This document shows positions 42,079 to 54,700 of a stretch of DNA of 64,000 nt, piece after piece. Location: assembly GCF_004010195.1 (NCBI RefSeq), contig NC_057753.1:9165544-9229543 (forward strand). Direction: 5' to 3'. This stretch comes from Chiloscyllium plagiosum. Taxonomy: Eukaryota. The notes under the pieces were generated by a model that saw only the letters and a program-made list of their open reading frames with translations, made no database searches and was not told the origin of the DNA. Made by a program: the position numbers and the translations under genes. Numbering within the stretch: position 1 is the stretch's first letter; each line of letters begins with the position of its first letter.

Positions 42079-43138
42079 CTCCCGGATATAGAGCAGCTTC
42101 CTGCTTTGAATTTTCCCATACTTACCGCTAGCCCAGAAGATGGACCTATGCTAATTCTTATCTGTAATGGCCATGATATTGAATTTATGTTTGACACAGG
42201 AGCCACTGTTTCATCACTTCCCATCCATCTTGCTAATGCTTTTGATTTTCAAATCTTGGACGATGATGAAATCCTGCAGTGTTTTGATAGTTCCTCTGAT
42301 AAACATGCATACGCTGTCCCTCTGACAGTGGTGTGGAAAAATTGTGTCACGCTCCCTTTTTGCTTTGTTGTTACTAATGGATTACATATCCCTCTACTCG
42401 CTAGAGATCTCCTCTGTCCTCTAAATATTACTATTGAATGTCATGATGATGGTATCCTGATTCAGGATCCACCTCATTTTGTTCAATGCATCAAAACCAA
42501 AGCCTCCTCGATGGTGATCATTTGATTTGGATCCTTATGCTATTGATCCTATTTTATATAACGTCCCTCACCCCCACATTACTTTAGCTTATGACTCATC
42601 CGGGAATGATCTCAAGTTTGTACATATATTTTAATCTCTTACTGGGCACGACTCAGCACACTTGGGTGATTGGTGAGATCAGGTCACCAGCTGGTGTCAG
42701 TTCCTCTTCATAGCTGGAAAACTGGCCCTCTCATTTTCCTCTGTGTCACCCACTCACTTGAACCCAGAACATAAAGCCTAAGAAATAGGTTTTGACGCTA
42801 AGACTCTTTTTGACCATGCTGATCAAACTTGCCGTGAAATTCAGCTGCTCACTCAAGGATCAATCCTATTTTATGCACAACTTTAGTCGATTCATGGCAG
42901 CCTGCATCATCATCATGCCCACCCTCACCCGCAGGACGCAGTATACCCTGGAGTCTGGGTGGACTCTAAAACACAAGTGGGCCTTGCTGAGGTCCCACCC
43001 ATCATCGTTCTGATCAAACCTAATTCTGTCCTCCTGTCTATATCTCAATACCCCCTGAAACCAGAAGGTGAAGCTGGAATTCAACCTGTCATTGATTCAT
43101 TTCTACAGCAAGGCCTTCTCGTCCCATGCCATTCTTCT
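42079..43138 (+). pseudogene. pol: ERV pro-pol 5' part: aspartic protease, 2H-like insert, start of RT
   Basis: IEFMFDTGATVSSL and PLLARDLL (protease); PHITLAYD at ~42572; VWVDSKTQVGLAEVPPIIVLIKP...QYPLKPEG (RT N-terminus). Confidence 0.85.
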
Positions 43139-43638
43139 NNNNNNNNNNNNNNNNNNNNNNNNNNNNNNNNNNNNNNNNNNNNNNNNNNNNNNNNNNNNNN
43201 NNNNNNNNNNNNNNNNNNNNNNNNNNNNNNNNNNNNNNNNNNNNNNNNNNNNNNNNNNNNNNNNNNNNNNNNNNNNNNNNNNNNNNNNNNNNNNNNNNNN
43301 NNNNNNNNNNNNNNNNNNNNNNNNNNNNNNNNNNNNNNNNNNNNNNNNNNNNNNNNNNNNNNNNNNNNNNNNNNNNNNNNNNNNNNNNNNNNNNNNNNNN
43401 NNNNNNNNNNNNNNNNNNNNNNNNNNNNNNNNNNNNNNNNNNNNNNNNNNNNNNNNNNNNNNNNNNNNNNNNNNNNNNNNNNNNNNNNNNNNNNNNNNNN
43501 NNNNNNNNNNNNNNNNNNNNNNNNNNNNNNNNNNNNNNNNNNNNNNNNNNNNNNNNNNNNNNNNNNNNNNNNNNNNNNNNNNNNNNNNNNNNNNNNNNNN
43601 NNNNNNNNNNNNNNNNNNNNNNNNNNNNNNNNNNNNNN

Positions 43639-46415
43639 TAAAACGGGTAAGGAACTCCTCAGCCTCTTCGACTGAGCTGGGTTTACATGTTAAGACTTTA
43701 CCCACATCAACTACACGATGCACTGCTTGATGGAGACAGGTAATAATTCAATCTGATAGTTTCCGCCGGGTGACGGACTACAAGCTGGGTATGATTATTA
43801 CCTTGTAAAATTTCTCAGAACTCGCCCATTTTTCAGGCAAAAAGCTGCATTCTGAGGTGAATTAGGTCTTGGGAGGCAGCATTATAAATGGTCTTAGTCC
43901 TATTTATGTAATTTACAGATCCCTGAGGATTCCTTCCATAATCTGTAGCCTTATTGATAATGCTTGAGAGTCATGAGGTTGCCATGGTTGATAAAGATCC
44001 ATAAATTGGGCTTGTCCCGGATTCAGAGCCTATGGGTTAGGAACCTCTTCTATCGGGAAATTTCTTTTTGGCCCTCCCACATCAGGGTGAGTGCAAGATC
44101 TGATATTAAGGTCCCGAGACTTTGATTGCAAATCATCAGTGTCTTCGGGACTTATTAGTTTAGGGGCAGTGGAAATCAAAATGAGTCTCTTCAGTGTTTC
44201 TTCAGGTTTTAATTTTAATTGACTCCTAGTACAGTAGGCACCGGGTTTGTGGTAAGCCGAATTCTTATTCGGCAGGACAGCTGGGGGAAGGTCATGAGCC
44301 TTGGCACGTTCGTCATCAGAGTAAGGGGGGAGGGTTCAGGCAGGGAACCGGAGGTGGTCAGCTGACAGGATTAGAAGCATAAAATATTTCCTCCTCCGAA
44401 TCAATATCTCCCCCACCATCTACAAACGGATCAGGATTCTTTTGTAATGGGTCTTTGGAAGAGCGGAGGGTGGGGTATAAGGAACAGTCCTTGTCAGCTT
44501 CGTCCTGCGCAGCTGCAATTGCAGTCTGTTGTTTATTCACCAGTTTCCTTTTTCTTTGGTGCCCTTGACGTTTCAACGTCGATTCAGAATCTTTGCGTTT
44601 TTTTAATTTTCTCCCTTGCCTATTCCAATTCTGCTTCTAAATCATGTGCTTCACATTTATGTTTTAGTTCTGTCCAATTTAGTTCACATCCTTCCTCAGT
44701 TCATGGACTAATTCCCCTTTTAATACAGTTTTGTCTCCATGATGATTGCATGGATGTTTCCCATTTTTCTCCGAGCTACCCTTTTCCACTCTGATAAGAC
44801 TTCTTTCTGCTTACTTCCCTTTCTTTTTTCCCAAATCCCTTGTTCAATTTTAGTGAATAGAGTTAAATCATGTGCGCCTCCTAGAGACCAATCCTTATTC
44901 TGTTGAGCAGCTGCAGCTGATATTCTCCTTAATTGTTTCTCATAATTAATAATACAGACTTGTTATTTCTGTTAGGGGACACTTGTCTTCAATCTTATCT
45001 AGGGGCACACTCATAGTTATCCGACCTACTTTAAATCTTCACAAAACTACTGATCAACAAGGGCTCCAAAATACAAACACAAACATTCATTCGCCAACAA
45101 GCAAATATGCATCCAAACCAAATCTCACAGGATTAATCTTTCTGCAAGCTGCAGGGAATCAGTGCTGAGTCTCTGTCTGTCTCACATGCACACTCTCTCG
45201 TACATGCACATGAACATTTTAAGAGAAATGAGGCACTCACATTCCAGATGTCTCATAAATCCTGGATGTGGCACATAGTTGCTTAACCAAGTATGCAAGA
45301 ATTGTATCACTGGCCAGCTTTTTTTTATATACATGACAAAAGCAGCAGCCACCCTCTATATTTCATAAATGAAGAACACCCAACAGAACAAAAATATTCC
45401 TAACAAACAAGACAAAACAGCAAAGCATGACAAGCCAAGTTGAACAGAGAAGATAATCTCGACTTAAAACTTTCACGAATCAACAACCCGACAATGAACA
45501 ACAAGACTAATGATTTCTGCAAAACATTCTCAACATTGTAAAATCCTGACAGTTTCTGTTTTTAAGTCCTATTTAAACGATCACATTTAGGGTTCCGTCA
45601 GGGTACCAAGAGAGTGAAATGGGGGAAACACCACGCAGATGTAGACAGAGAGTAATCAAGGTACAATTTTACCTTATGGGCCCATTGGTCTGGAGTCCAA
45701 CCCTTCGATGGAACTCCTCTTTTCCAGTTTCACTCAAATGTAGCCCTTGTTGGAACCCTGCTTGCAGTGCCAAATTGAGGCAGCCCAGGGAGTCCCTTGT
45801 GGACTCAGACCTGTCAGCCTATCCTGGTTCATCCCGGAGATCGTACTCTTTGGAAGTCTGGAATAAAAATAAAACTCTTACAGACAGTTTAGTTTAATTT
45901 TAAATTATCCTCTTCATTAATACCATCACCGTTACAACATAACACTGATACCTATAAGACAAGCTAACTGGATTCTATTAACCCAGAAGAGTAGCAATCA
46001 CTCTTCTTCCAAGAGCCCTGGCAGGCTACTCTGTATACTATCTTTATACACCAGTTTTTTTTTACAAAGGCGGTGCTGTGGCAAACACGTTTTCTTTATA
46101 GGAATTTATTTTTACAAAAGCACTGCATGTTCTGAACTAGACAGATAACAGTGAAGGGCAATAATTCGGGAGAGAAGTAATTGATACCGAGTTTCATTTC
46201 GAGGTCAGAATCAAACACTTATTCATTTCACAAAGGAACAGCCGTGAATGTGATCACTCAATATCCTGTTTATTCAAATTCACTGATGTTAAGCAAAATG
46301 TTCTTAATTGCCTTACCCTCCCTGCCTGTTTATTTTCTAGTGTGGAGTAAATGTATTCTATAATTCAACATTACATTTTAGTCTAAATGCTTAAGGACAA
46401 GTTTTCCATACAAAC
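43639..46415 (-). mobile_element. Inverted second copy of the ERV (LTR, PBS, leader, 5' gag)
   Basis: 43639 onward is the reverse complement of ~41417 backward; ORFs 40476..40715 (+) and 44358..44576 (-) are almost identical. Confidence 0.92.
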
Positions 46416-47119
46416 ATTCTCCCGACCCCTTTCAAAGTTTCATAAGTTCTTTCTTATATCAGGGGAAGCAAAACTTAACGTAGTTTCCAAAAATGCCCGA
46501 ACCAAAGTACAGCCACAATATGACCTCACAGCTCCTTTATTCAATGCTCTGACCAATAAAGGAAATCATGCCAAACGCCTTCTTCACTAGTCTATCTACC
46601 TGCAACTCAAAGATCTTTGTTCAGCAACACTCCCCTTAACTGTCAGTCCTGCCTGGATTGCTCAACCAAAATGCAATACCTCATTTCACTAAATTAAACT
46701 CTATCTGGCACTCCTCAGCCTGTTGCCCAACTTTGTTGCAGCTTCAGATCTCCACATCACAAGGCGTACAAAAAGTAGCTTTTCTTAAAAAAAAGCACAT
46801 CAAGCTCAAAGTGCACACACTCATCCCCACTCCCCCATCACACTTTCTTTATTATTGGTCAGTTGAGTTGTCCCTTTGCAACTGGATCCTTCGTACAGCC
46901 GGGTGACTGAGTGAATCCTTTCCCGCAACGGCAGTTTCCATCACTGAAAAGGACATGAGTGAATCAGATGGGTTTTTGCCCTCTGAAAATGGTTTCATAC
47001 TTAGATTCTGAAGTTCAGATTACTGACCGAATCCCAATTCTGCCATCTGCCGCTACGGGCTTCGATCCTGAGAGTCCCCAGAGCGGGGTTGTTAGCGGCG
47101 CTCGGCCATCGCTCCTTCC

Positions 47120-47800
47120 ATTCCCCTGCGATGGTACGTGAATGCACTTGTGCCTCCGCAGGTGGAAGGAGCAGGTCAAGCCCTTCCGCCACTCACAGCA
47201 GGTGAACGGCCTCTCTCCGGTGTGGACCCACTGGTGGGTCAGCAGTGCAGCTGACTGAGTGAACCCCCTCCCGTACATGGGACACGTGAATGGCTTCTCT
47301 AACTTGTGGTCACACTCGTGCGTCTCCAGATGGCTGATCCGACTGAAGCCCTTCCTGCACACCGAGCAGGTAAATGATCTCTCCCCGCTGTGAATACGTC
47401 TGTGGGTTTTCAGCACGGATGGGGAAGAGAATCCTTTCCCACAGTCCCCACATTTCCCCAGTTTCCCCATTGGGGGAGCTTTCCTTGCGTTGGTCTGGGT
47501 TTGAAATTACAATCAGAACGGGGACATAGTCTATCCCCACCGTGAGGGATGAGACTTTGATTCCCCCAAGCTGAGTAAATGGTGTGAAGCACTTTTCACA
47601 GTCAGCGCACTGACTCTCCCTCACTCGGTGTCTCAGGATTCTTCCTGCCGCACCAGTGTCCAAAATCTTTCAAGCAATCAAAAGCAACCATGTCTTCTTG
47701 ATTGGAATGGCTGCTGATATTCAAGTCCCAATGAATCAAGTGGTTCTGTCAGAAGTTGATGTATCATTTGTTTTCAGATTTCTTTCGGCACGTCTTCCTG
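47120..47800 (-). pseudogene. C2H2 zinc-finger exon, inverted copy of 37240-37920
   Basis: KCGDCGKGFSSPSVLKTHRRIHSGERSFTCSVCRKGFSRISHLETH...[15 protein letters not shown]. Confidence 0.88.
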
Positions 47801-49132
47801 CAAAAAAAAAAAACTCACAAAATAAGTGATCATTGGCAGTACACTTAAACGAACATAACATAGGTGGCAGTTCCTATAGTTTGCCAGATGCCTGCTGATC
47901 ACATAATACCCAGCAGACAGAAACCTGAAATCCCTCATGCAGCCTGATAGGCTGAGGTGTGTTTAGAGGAAAACTTCATTCAAATCTAATCTAATCTAAT
48001 CTTCAACTAAATGCGTGTACATATATATATATCAATATGCCAATCCTTTCAATACGGTTCAGTTCCATGAGAAACTACACTTTTAATTGTGAACATGAGA
48101 AAAAAAGCAGTTATTTTCCAGCGTGCAAACTGCATACGTGCCAAACTGAGGGAACACACAAGGAAAATACCTAAAAGAGAGATAGAAAGTATTTGAGCAC
48201 CTTTGCAGAATCTGCTCCCTGTCTGGATTCACTCCAGTTGCTACAAGGAAACCTCCCTGGGGGTCAGGCAGCCCTGCATCGGGAACCACTGGGATGGTCA
48301 ACTATGTGGAGATGAACACATCTCCACATTAAACAGCCTCGAGGCAAACTTCCCTTCCTTCCACTTAAAGTTCAAGACCCCTCAAAGCGAAATTCCCCAG
48401 GTAAGTTTGGAAGAATTTCTTCCAGGTGTTCACCAATCATTTCTATGAGCACTTTGTTAAAGTTTGAATATTGCGAGTTTTGACAATTAGTGACTCTGAG
48501 CGAAATCACAGTTCGAAAAACAGAATGTGGGAATTTAGACAGTGTTTATTTTTGCACATCGACGATATGTCTGTACAACAGCATATGACACTACAGCAGT
48601 GAAGATCTTTTGACGTCATTCTCAAACGTGCCTGCCACACGTCAGATGAAAAGCTGAATACTTCTCTGGAAAAACTGCCGAGCAATGCAGGAGAATGGCA
48701 CAACACGTGCGTGTTGGGGCGAGAACCCAAAAGAGAAACCATTCTCTCCTATTCATTCAACGTCGTCGTTAGCAGCTTTCCCGTATAACGGCGCTCTGTT
48801 CTGCACCTTGCCTTCTCATCCGCTTACCAAACAAGCTTCCACATAAATATTTCACAATGATATACTGGCCCAATGTGCACAGTTGAGGTGACAACCTCTG
48901 AGTGGTCTCCTGTTCTCTGTATCCTCTATTGAGGAAGGCAATGCTTGTCACTGGCCACCCTGGTGTCAGAGAAAAGTTTCGAAACAACGGGACAAACAGC
49001 AGCAGGGAGACAGAATGTTCTGGAAACTCTTAGTCACTTGCAATTCTTGGAGGAATGTCAAATGTATTTCACACTAAGCAAGTCTCAGCTGGCTCAAGAG
49101 GTGTGTGGTGGGTGGGGCAATAGCCGCTGTTT

Positions 49133-49222
49133 GGCTTGTTGGTCCAGGCGCATTACTCTCAGGTCGAGTCTTCAACTCTGCAGACTTGTGTGCGGTTCTG
49201 GATTCAAATCCCAAACAAAGCT
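49133..49222 (+). pseudogene. Intron-bearing tRNA-Pro pseudogene (18-nt intron 49169-49186)
   Basis: GGCTTGTTGGTCCAGGCGCATTACTCTCAGGTCGAG[TCTTCAACTCTGCAGACT]TGTGTGCGGTTCTGGATTCAAATCCCAAACAAAGCT; inverted paralogue of 35803-35892. Confidence 0.75.
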
Positions 49223-49949
49223 GCGTCTCTTAACTTGATTTGTGCAAAAATGCCCCATTAATTTTCTCAAAAAGTACCTTCGTGAAACGAGGTTGGGCTG
49301 CCTGGAGTACGAATGGGGCAGAAAACAGGGAAGTGAAATGGGTGGAGATCGCGTTGAACAGGTTGAAGTGAGTGGTGCGGTGTTTGAGGAATGTCAGCAA
49401 TAAAGGTAGATTGAAAAATTGGGCCAGCTCTCCTCGGAGAACCGAAATTTCCAAGTCAGTAGGGGCCCAAAATCAGGAAGTAATTCTGTGAAAATGCTCC
49501 CACGCCTGAAAGAATCTATAGTGATTCGGCAGAGCTTTAAAGTCAGGAGGACGAGCGAATGCAGTAGACTCAGTTGCGGCAAATGTGCAGGTAAAGTGCT
49601 GCTTCACCTGGAAGGTATGTTCGAGCCTGGAAGGATATTCAGGAGGGAGCGGGTAAATTGTGCTTCTGAGTGAAATCACGGTCCATAAAAATAGAATGTG
49701 GCAATTTAGACAGAGTTAATATTTGCTTGTCGGCGATATGTCTGCCGGTGCGTGATGGGAGCATAACCCAGAAGGGAAACCAAATTTCCTATTCACTCAA
49801 TGTCGTCTTTAGCAGCTTTCCCGTATCACGGCGCACTGTTGTGCACCTCGTTTAGAAAGAAAACGGTTTAATTTTCTGCCAGTAGAGAGGGCCCTGTTCC
49901 TGGGGACGGGCAAACGGCAGCTGACGGACAGAATGAGAAGCAGCTGTTC

Positions 49950-50372
49950 ATAGAGTCATAGAGATGTACAGCATGGAAACAGACCCTTCGGTCCAACCCG
50001 TCCATGCCGATCAGATATCCCACCCCAATCTAGTCCCACCTGCCAGCACCCGGCCCATATACCTCCAAACCCTTCCTATTCATATATCCATCCAAACGCC
50101 TCTTAAATGTTGCAATTGCACCAGCCTCTGCCACTTTCTCTGGCAGCTCATTCCATGCACGCACCACCCTCTGCGTGAAAAAGTTGCCCCTTAAGTCTCT
50201 TTTATATCTTTCCTCTCTCACCCTAAACCTATGCCCTCTAGTTCTTGACTCCCCAGCCCCAGGGAATGGACTTTGCCTATTTATCCTATCCATGCCCCTC
50301 ATAATTTTGTAAACCTCCATAAAGTCACCCTTCAGCCTCCGACGTTCAAGAGAAAACAGCCCCAGCCAGTTC
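49950..50372 (-). mobile_element. Well-preserved CR1/HER1 LINE 3' end
   Basis: LGLFSLERRRLKGDFMEVYKIMRGMDRINRQSPFPGAGESRTRGHRFRVREERYKRDLRGNFFTQRVVRAWNELPE. Confidence 0.92.
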
Positions 50373-50451
50373 AATGTCAACTGTACTTCACGCTGAGCAA
50401 GACTCAGGTGGTTCAAGAGGTAGAGTGGGGGCACAGGCGCAGCTGCTGTGT

Positions 50452-50540
50452 GGCTCGTTGGTCTAGGGTATGATTCTCGCTTTGGGTCTTCTTTGACGCA
50501 GACGTGCGAGTGATCCCGGGTTCAAATCCGCGACGAGCCC
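50452..50540 (+). tRNA. tRNA-Pro(TGG) with 18-nt intron (50487-50504); minor D/T-arm lesions
   Basis: GGCTCGTTGGTCTAGGGTATGATTCTCGCTT-TGG-G[TCTTCTTTGACGCAGACG]TGCGAGTGATCCCGGGTTCAAATCCGCGACGAGCCC. Confidence 0.88.
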
Positions 50541-51277
50541 GCGTTTCATGGCTTGTGCAAACGTGCCAGCTAAATTTTCTCAAAAAGCACCTTCGTTAAA
50601 CGAGGTTGGGCTCCCTGGCGTACCACTGGGACAGAAAGCAGCGAAGTGGAATGATTGGCGATACCGTTGAATAGGTTGAGTGAGTGGTGCGGTGTTTGAG
50701 GGAAGTCAGCGATGAGGGTCGATTGGAAATTTGGGACAGCTCTCTTCGGAGAACACAGGTTTGAAATCTGGCCCGATTGAAGCTTTCCAAATCGTGCGAA
50801 GTCTAGACAGAGAAAGTGATGTAGTCAAAATGCTCCCACGCCTGAAAGGATCGGCAACGATTCGGCAGAGTTTTAAAGTCATGAGGAAAAGAACCAAAAG
50901 TGACATTAGGAAGAACGCTTTCGTACAGGGAGTGGTTGGGGTCAGTAAATCCCTAACTGACACTGACAAAGAGGCAGATTCATTAGACGCAAACAGGAAC
51001 TCGGTGGTCATGTTTAATGTAACAATGTGTAGAATTACATGGAGAAGACTAGAGAATGATACGAATAGAGACCCACGTTTACTTACTGTGTCGACCCAGC
51101 AGAGCGAACTGGGGGAGCTGAGCATTTCCCCAGACAATGGGCACACCGCCTCCCTGACACAGTGTTCACAAATCAATCTGACAGCAAAGATTCACGTGTG
51201 ATCGAAAATTTGGCTCAACAGATATCCGGAGTGAACGTACTCCTTTCTTGATTTGAAATGTAAGACGCTGACGTCAG

Positions 51278-51349
51278 GGAGCCGAACGTGATTCGAACAC
51301 GAAGCTTTCTGATCTGGAGTCAGACGCGCTATCGTTGCGCCACAAGCTC
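51278..51349 (-). tRNA. tRNA-Trp(CCA), divergent (variant or pseudogene)
   Basis: GAGCTTGTGGCGCAACGATAGCGCGTCTGACT-CCA-GATCAGAAAGCTTCGTGTTCGAATCACGTTCGGCTCC. Anticodon arm intact; D-loop GG and acceptor stem altered. Confidence 0.82.
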
Positions 51350-52489
51350 ACGCACAGCTGGCAGCCTCTATTCATGCTTAAGGGAAGTGATCGCACTGCA
51401 ATGATTTTACGTTATGAGAAACAATGGAGAACAACAGTTCATGTCTGTTCTGTCTCTCACTCCTCTCCTTCTCTCTCTCGAACCAATTTCCAATTCTACC
51501 TCAATAAAAAGGTGAAAGAACTGTAGATGCTGTATATCAGAAACAAAAAACAGGAGTTGCCGGTGACCCTTCCACAGAACTGATGGTGATTGGGAAAATG
51601 TCGGTTGAGATGCAGGAGCGATTGTGGGAGGAAGGCGGATGCAGTTAATGATAGATCAGGACAGAGCCCAAAGCGAGGGAAGAACTGTTGGACAGGGAAG
51701 GGAGTTGATAAAGATCCGCGTGGGAGGGTGAATGGAGACTGTTCGAGGCTAAGAATAGGTAGTGTGTAATGACAGACTATGTGATAACAAGGCTTGGTGT
51801 GTGTGGAAGGGACGAGGATACTATGGATTTCAGGCCCGAGAATTATTGAATTCGATATTGGGACCAGAGGGATGTATGGTCCCCAAGTGTAATATTCGGT
51901 GCTCTTCGTTCTGCTGGTGCTGAGCTTCGCTGGAATACTGCAGCAAACCTGAGACAGAGATGTTGGTAAGGGAACAGGGTGAGGTGTGGAATTGGCAGGC
52001 AACTGGAAGCTCAGTGTCTTTTTTGCAGGCAGAACGTAGATGTTCTGTGCAGCAGTCACCCTGTTTATGCTTCATTTTCCCCAAATGTAGATGAAACCAC
52101 ATTATGAGCAACAAATGCAGTAGACTGGGTTGTGGGAAGTGCAGGTAAAGTGCTGCTTCACCTGGAAGGTAAGTTTGGGCCCTTGGATAGTGAGGAGGGA
52201 ACAGGTAAATGGGCTGGAGTCACACATTCGGTAGTTGCAGGGGAAAGTGCCGTTGGACTATTGGGGTGGGAATGGGTTTAGGGTTGATGGGAATGAAGGA
52301 AGAGTGAACCCAAGGTCTAACTCCTACCCATTTACCTATTTGCCAAATAGTGTGTACAAGGACATTTTCTAATTCACAATGTGGATGTACATACTGGCGA
52401 GGGTGCAAAGTCTAAGGGCCATCAACCATAATTCTATTAACATTCGAATAGTGATTGAAAACAATATATAAGATCTAAAAGTTGAAGTT

Positions 52490-54700
52490 CTAAATTGGAG
52501 GAAGACTCAGGTATTAGGCAAGATCTTTCAAAAGCTGATTGGGGGCAGATGTTCGCAGGTTAAAGGACTGCTGGAAAATGGGAAGCATTCAGATATAAGA
52601 TAACAAGAGTCCAGACACAGTATTTTCCTGATTCGGAGATGCCGGTGTTGGACTGGGGGTACAAAGTTAAAAATCACACAACACCAGGTTATAGTCCAAC
52701 AGGTTTACTTGGAAGCACACTAGCTTTCGGAGCGATGCTCCTTCATCAGGTGATTGTCTGATGTAGAGTATATTCCTGTTAGGGTGAAAGGAAAGGCTGG
52801 TAGGTTGGGGAATGCATGATGACTAGAGAAAATGAGATTTTGGTTAAGATAAAGAAGGATGCATATATCAGGTATCGGCAGAGAGATCGACTGAATCCTT
52901 ACAGTATAAAGGCAGTACGAGCATACTTAAGAGGGAAATCATGAGGGCAAAAAGGGGACATGAGATAGCTTTGGCAAATAGAGTCATGGATAACCCAAAG
53001 GGTTTTTATAAATGCATTAAGGACAAAGGATAACAAGGGAGAGAATAGAACTCCTCAAAGATCAGCAAGGCGACCTTTGGAGCAGCAGTAGTTGGGCTGC
53101 GGGTGCGGGATACTGAACGATATTGTGCATCAGTGTTTACTGTGGAGAAGGGCATGCAAGATATAGACTGTGAGAAAGTAGATGGTGACATGTTGAAAAA
53201 ATGCCCATATTACAGATGAGAAATTGTTGGATATCTTGATATGCATAAAAGTGGATTAATCCCAAGGACCTGATCAGGAGTACCCTAGAACTCTATGGGA
53301 AACTGGGGAAGTGATTGCTGGGCCTCTTACTGAGATATTTGTATCATTAATAGTCACAGGTGAGGTGCCGGAAGGCTAGAAGGTGGCTAACGTGGTGCCA
53401 CTATTTAAGAAAGGGGGTAAGGAAAAGCCAGGGAACTATAGACCAGTGAACCTGACATCCGTGATGGGCAAGGTTTTGGGGAGAATCCTAAGAGACAGTA
53501 TTTACATGTATTTGGAAAGGCAAGAATTGATTAGGGATAGTCAGCATGGCTTTATCCTTGGGAAATCATGTCTCATGAACATGATGGGGTTTTTTTGAAG
53601 AAGTAACAAAGTGGATTGATGAGGGCAGAGCGATGGACGTGATCTCCCTGGACTTCAGGATGGCGTTCATCAATGTTCCTCATGGGAGACTGGTGAGCAA
53701 GGTTTAATCTAATGGCATGCAGGGACAACTAGCCATTTGGATACAGAACTGGCTGGAATGCAGAAGACAGAGGGTGGTGATGGAGGGTTGCTTTTCAGAC
53801 TGAAGGCCTGTGAAAAATGGTGTGTCACAAGGATTGATGCTGGGTCCGCTACTTTTTGTCATTTATATAAATTATTTGTATGTAAACGGAGGAGGTATTT
53901 TTAGCAAGTTTGTAGATGACACCAAAATTGGAGGTGTAGTGGACAGTAAACAAGGTTATGTCAGATCACAACGGGACCTTGATCAGATGGGCCAATGGGC
54001 TGAGGAATGGCAGTTGGAGGTTAATGTAGATAAATATGAGGTGCTGCATTTTGGAAAAACAAATCAGAGCAGGACTTTTACACTTAATGGTAAGTTCCTT
54101 GGAAGTGTTGCGGAACAAAGAGACCTTGGAGTTCAGGTTGATAGTTCCTTAAAAGTAGAGACGCAGGCAGATTGGATAGTAAAGAAGGCGTTTGGTGTGT
54201 TTTCCTTTGTTGGTCAGAGCATCGAGGATAGATGTTGGGAGCTCATGTTGCCAGTGTACAGAACATTGGTCAGGCCACGTTTGGAATATTTGATGTAATT
54301 TTGGTCTGCTTACTATCGGAAAGATGTGAAACTAGAAAAGGTGCAGAAAAGATTTACAAGGATGTTGCCAGGGTTGGAGGTTGGAGTGTAGGAAGGTTAC
54401 TATGAAACTGCATTTCCCGCGGCCGAAGCTTTCCCACGGCACAAAGCAGGTTTTCTAAAGTATATTTAAACCCCTTACTTTGCTTAAACTCAAACTGCAT
54501 TGACTTGGAGGAGAGTGGGATTTGCAAAGTGCCCTCCCCTCCACACGTGCCTCAACTGCAGGACAGCTGTCCGGCCCGCCCTCCATTGTTGACGTCACAA
54601 TGCGGATGCAGCCCTGTCAGTTTCAGAGTGGTTAGGATATCTGGGCTGCATGGATGAGTTGGACCGAAGGGTATGTTTCCGTGCTGTACATCTGTGTCAC
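52490..54700 (+). mobile_element. CR1/HER1 LINE, decayed ORF2; inverted paralogue of 30060-32035
   Basis: ANVVPLFKKGGKEKPGNYRPVNLTSV; GVSQGLMLGPLLFVIYIN...SKFVDDTKIGG (RT motifs). Confidence 0.93.
52631..52766 (-). mobile_element. Short insertion with hammerhead-like core and ~12-bp target-site duplication, inside the LINE
   Basis: Minus strand CCTGATGAAGGAGCATCGCTCCGAAAGCTAG; flanked by AGTATTTTCCTG (52619-52630) and AGTATATTCCTG (52767-52778). Confidence 0.75.

Larger units (their letters stand above)
38640..43138 (+). mobile_element. Endogenous retrovirus, class I (gamma/epsilon)-like, 5' half; runs into gap
   Basis: Order is LTR, PBS, leader, gag with CCHC knuckle, protease (DTGA), then RT N-terminus QYPLKPEGEAGIQPVIDSFLQQGLLVPCHSS. 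Many stops and frameshifts. Confidence 0.9.

Noticed and set aside
38640..46415. The two LTRs as 5' and 3' LTRs of one provirus
   Set aside because: They are inverted and each is followed by PBS and gag, so both are 5' LTR copies.
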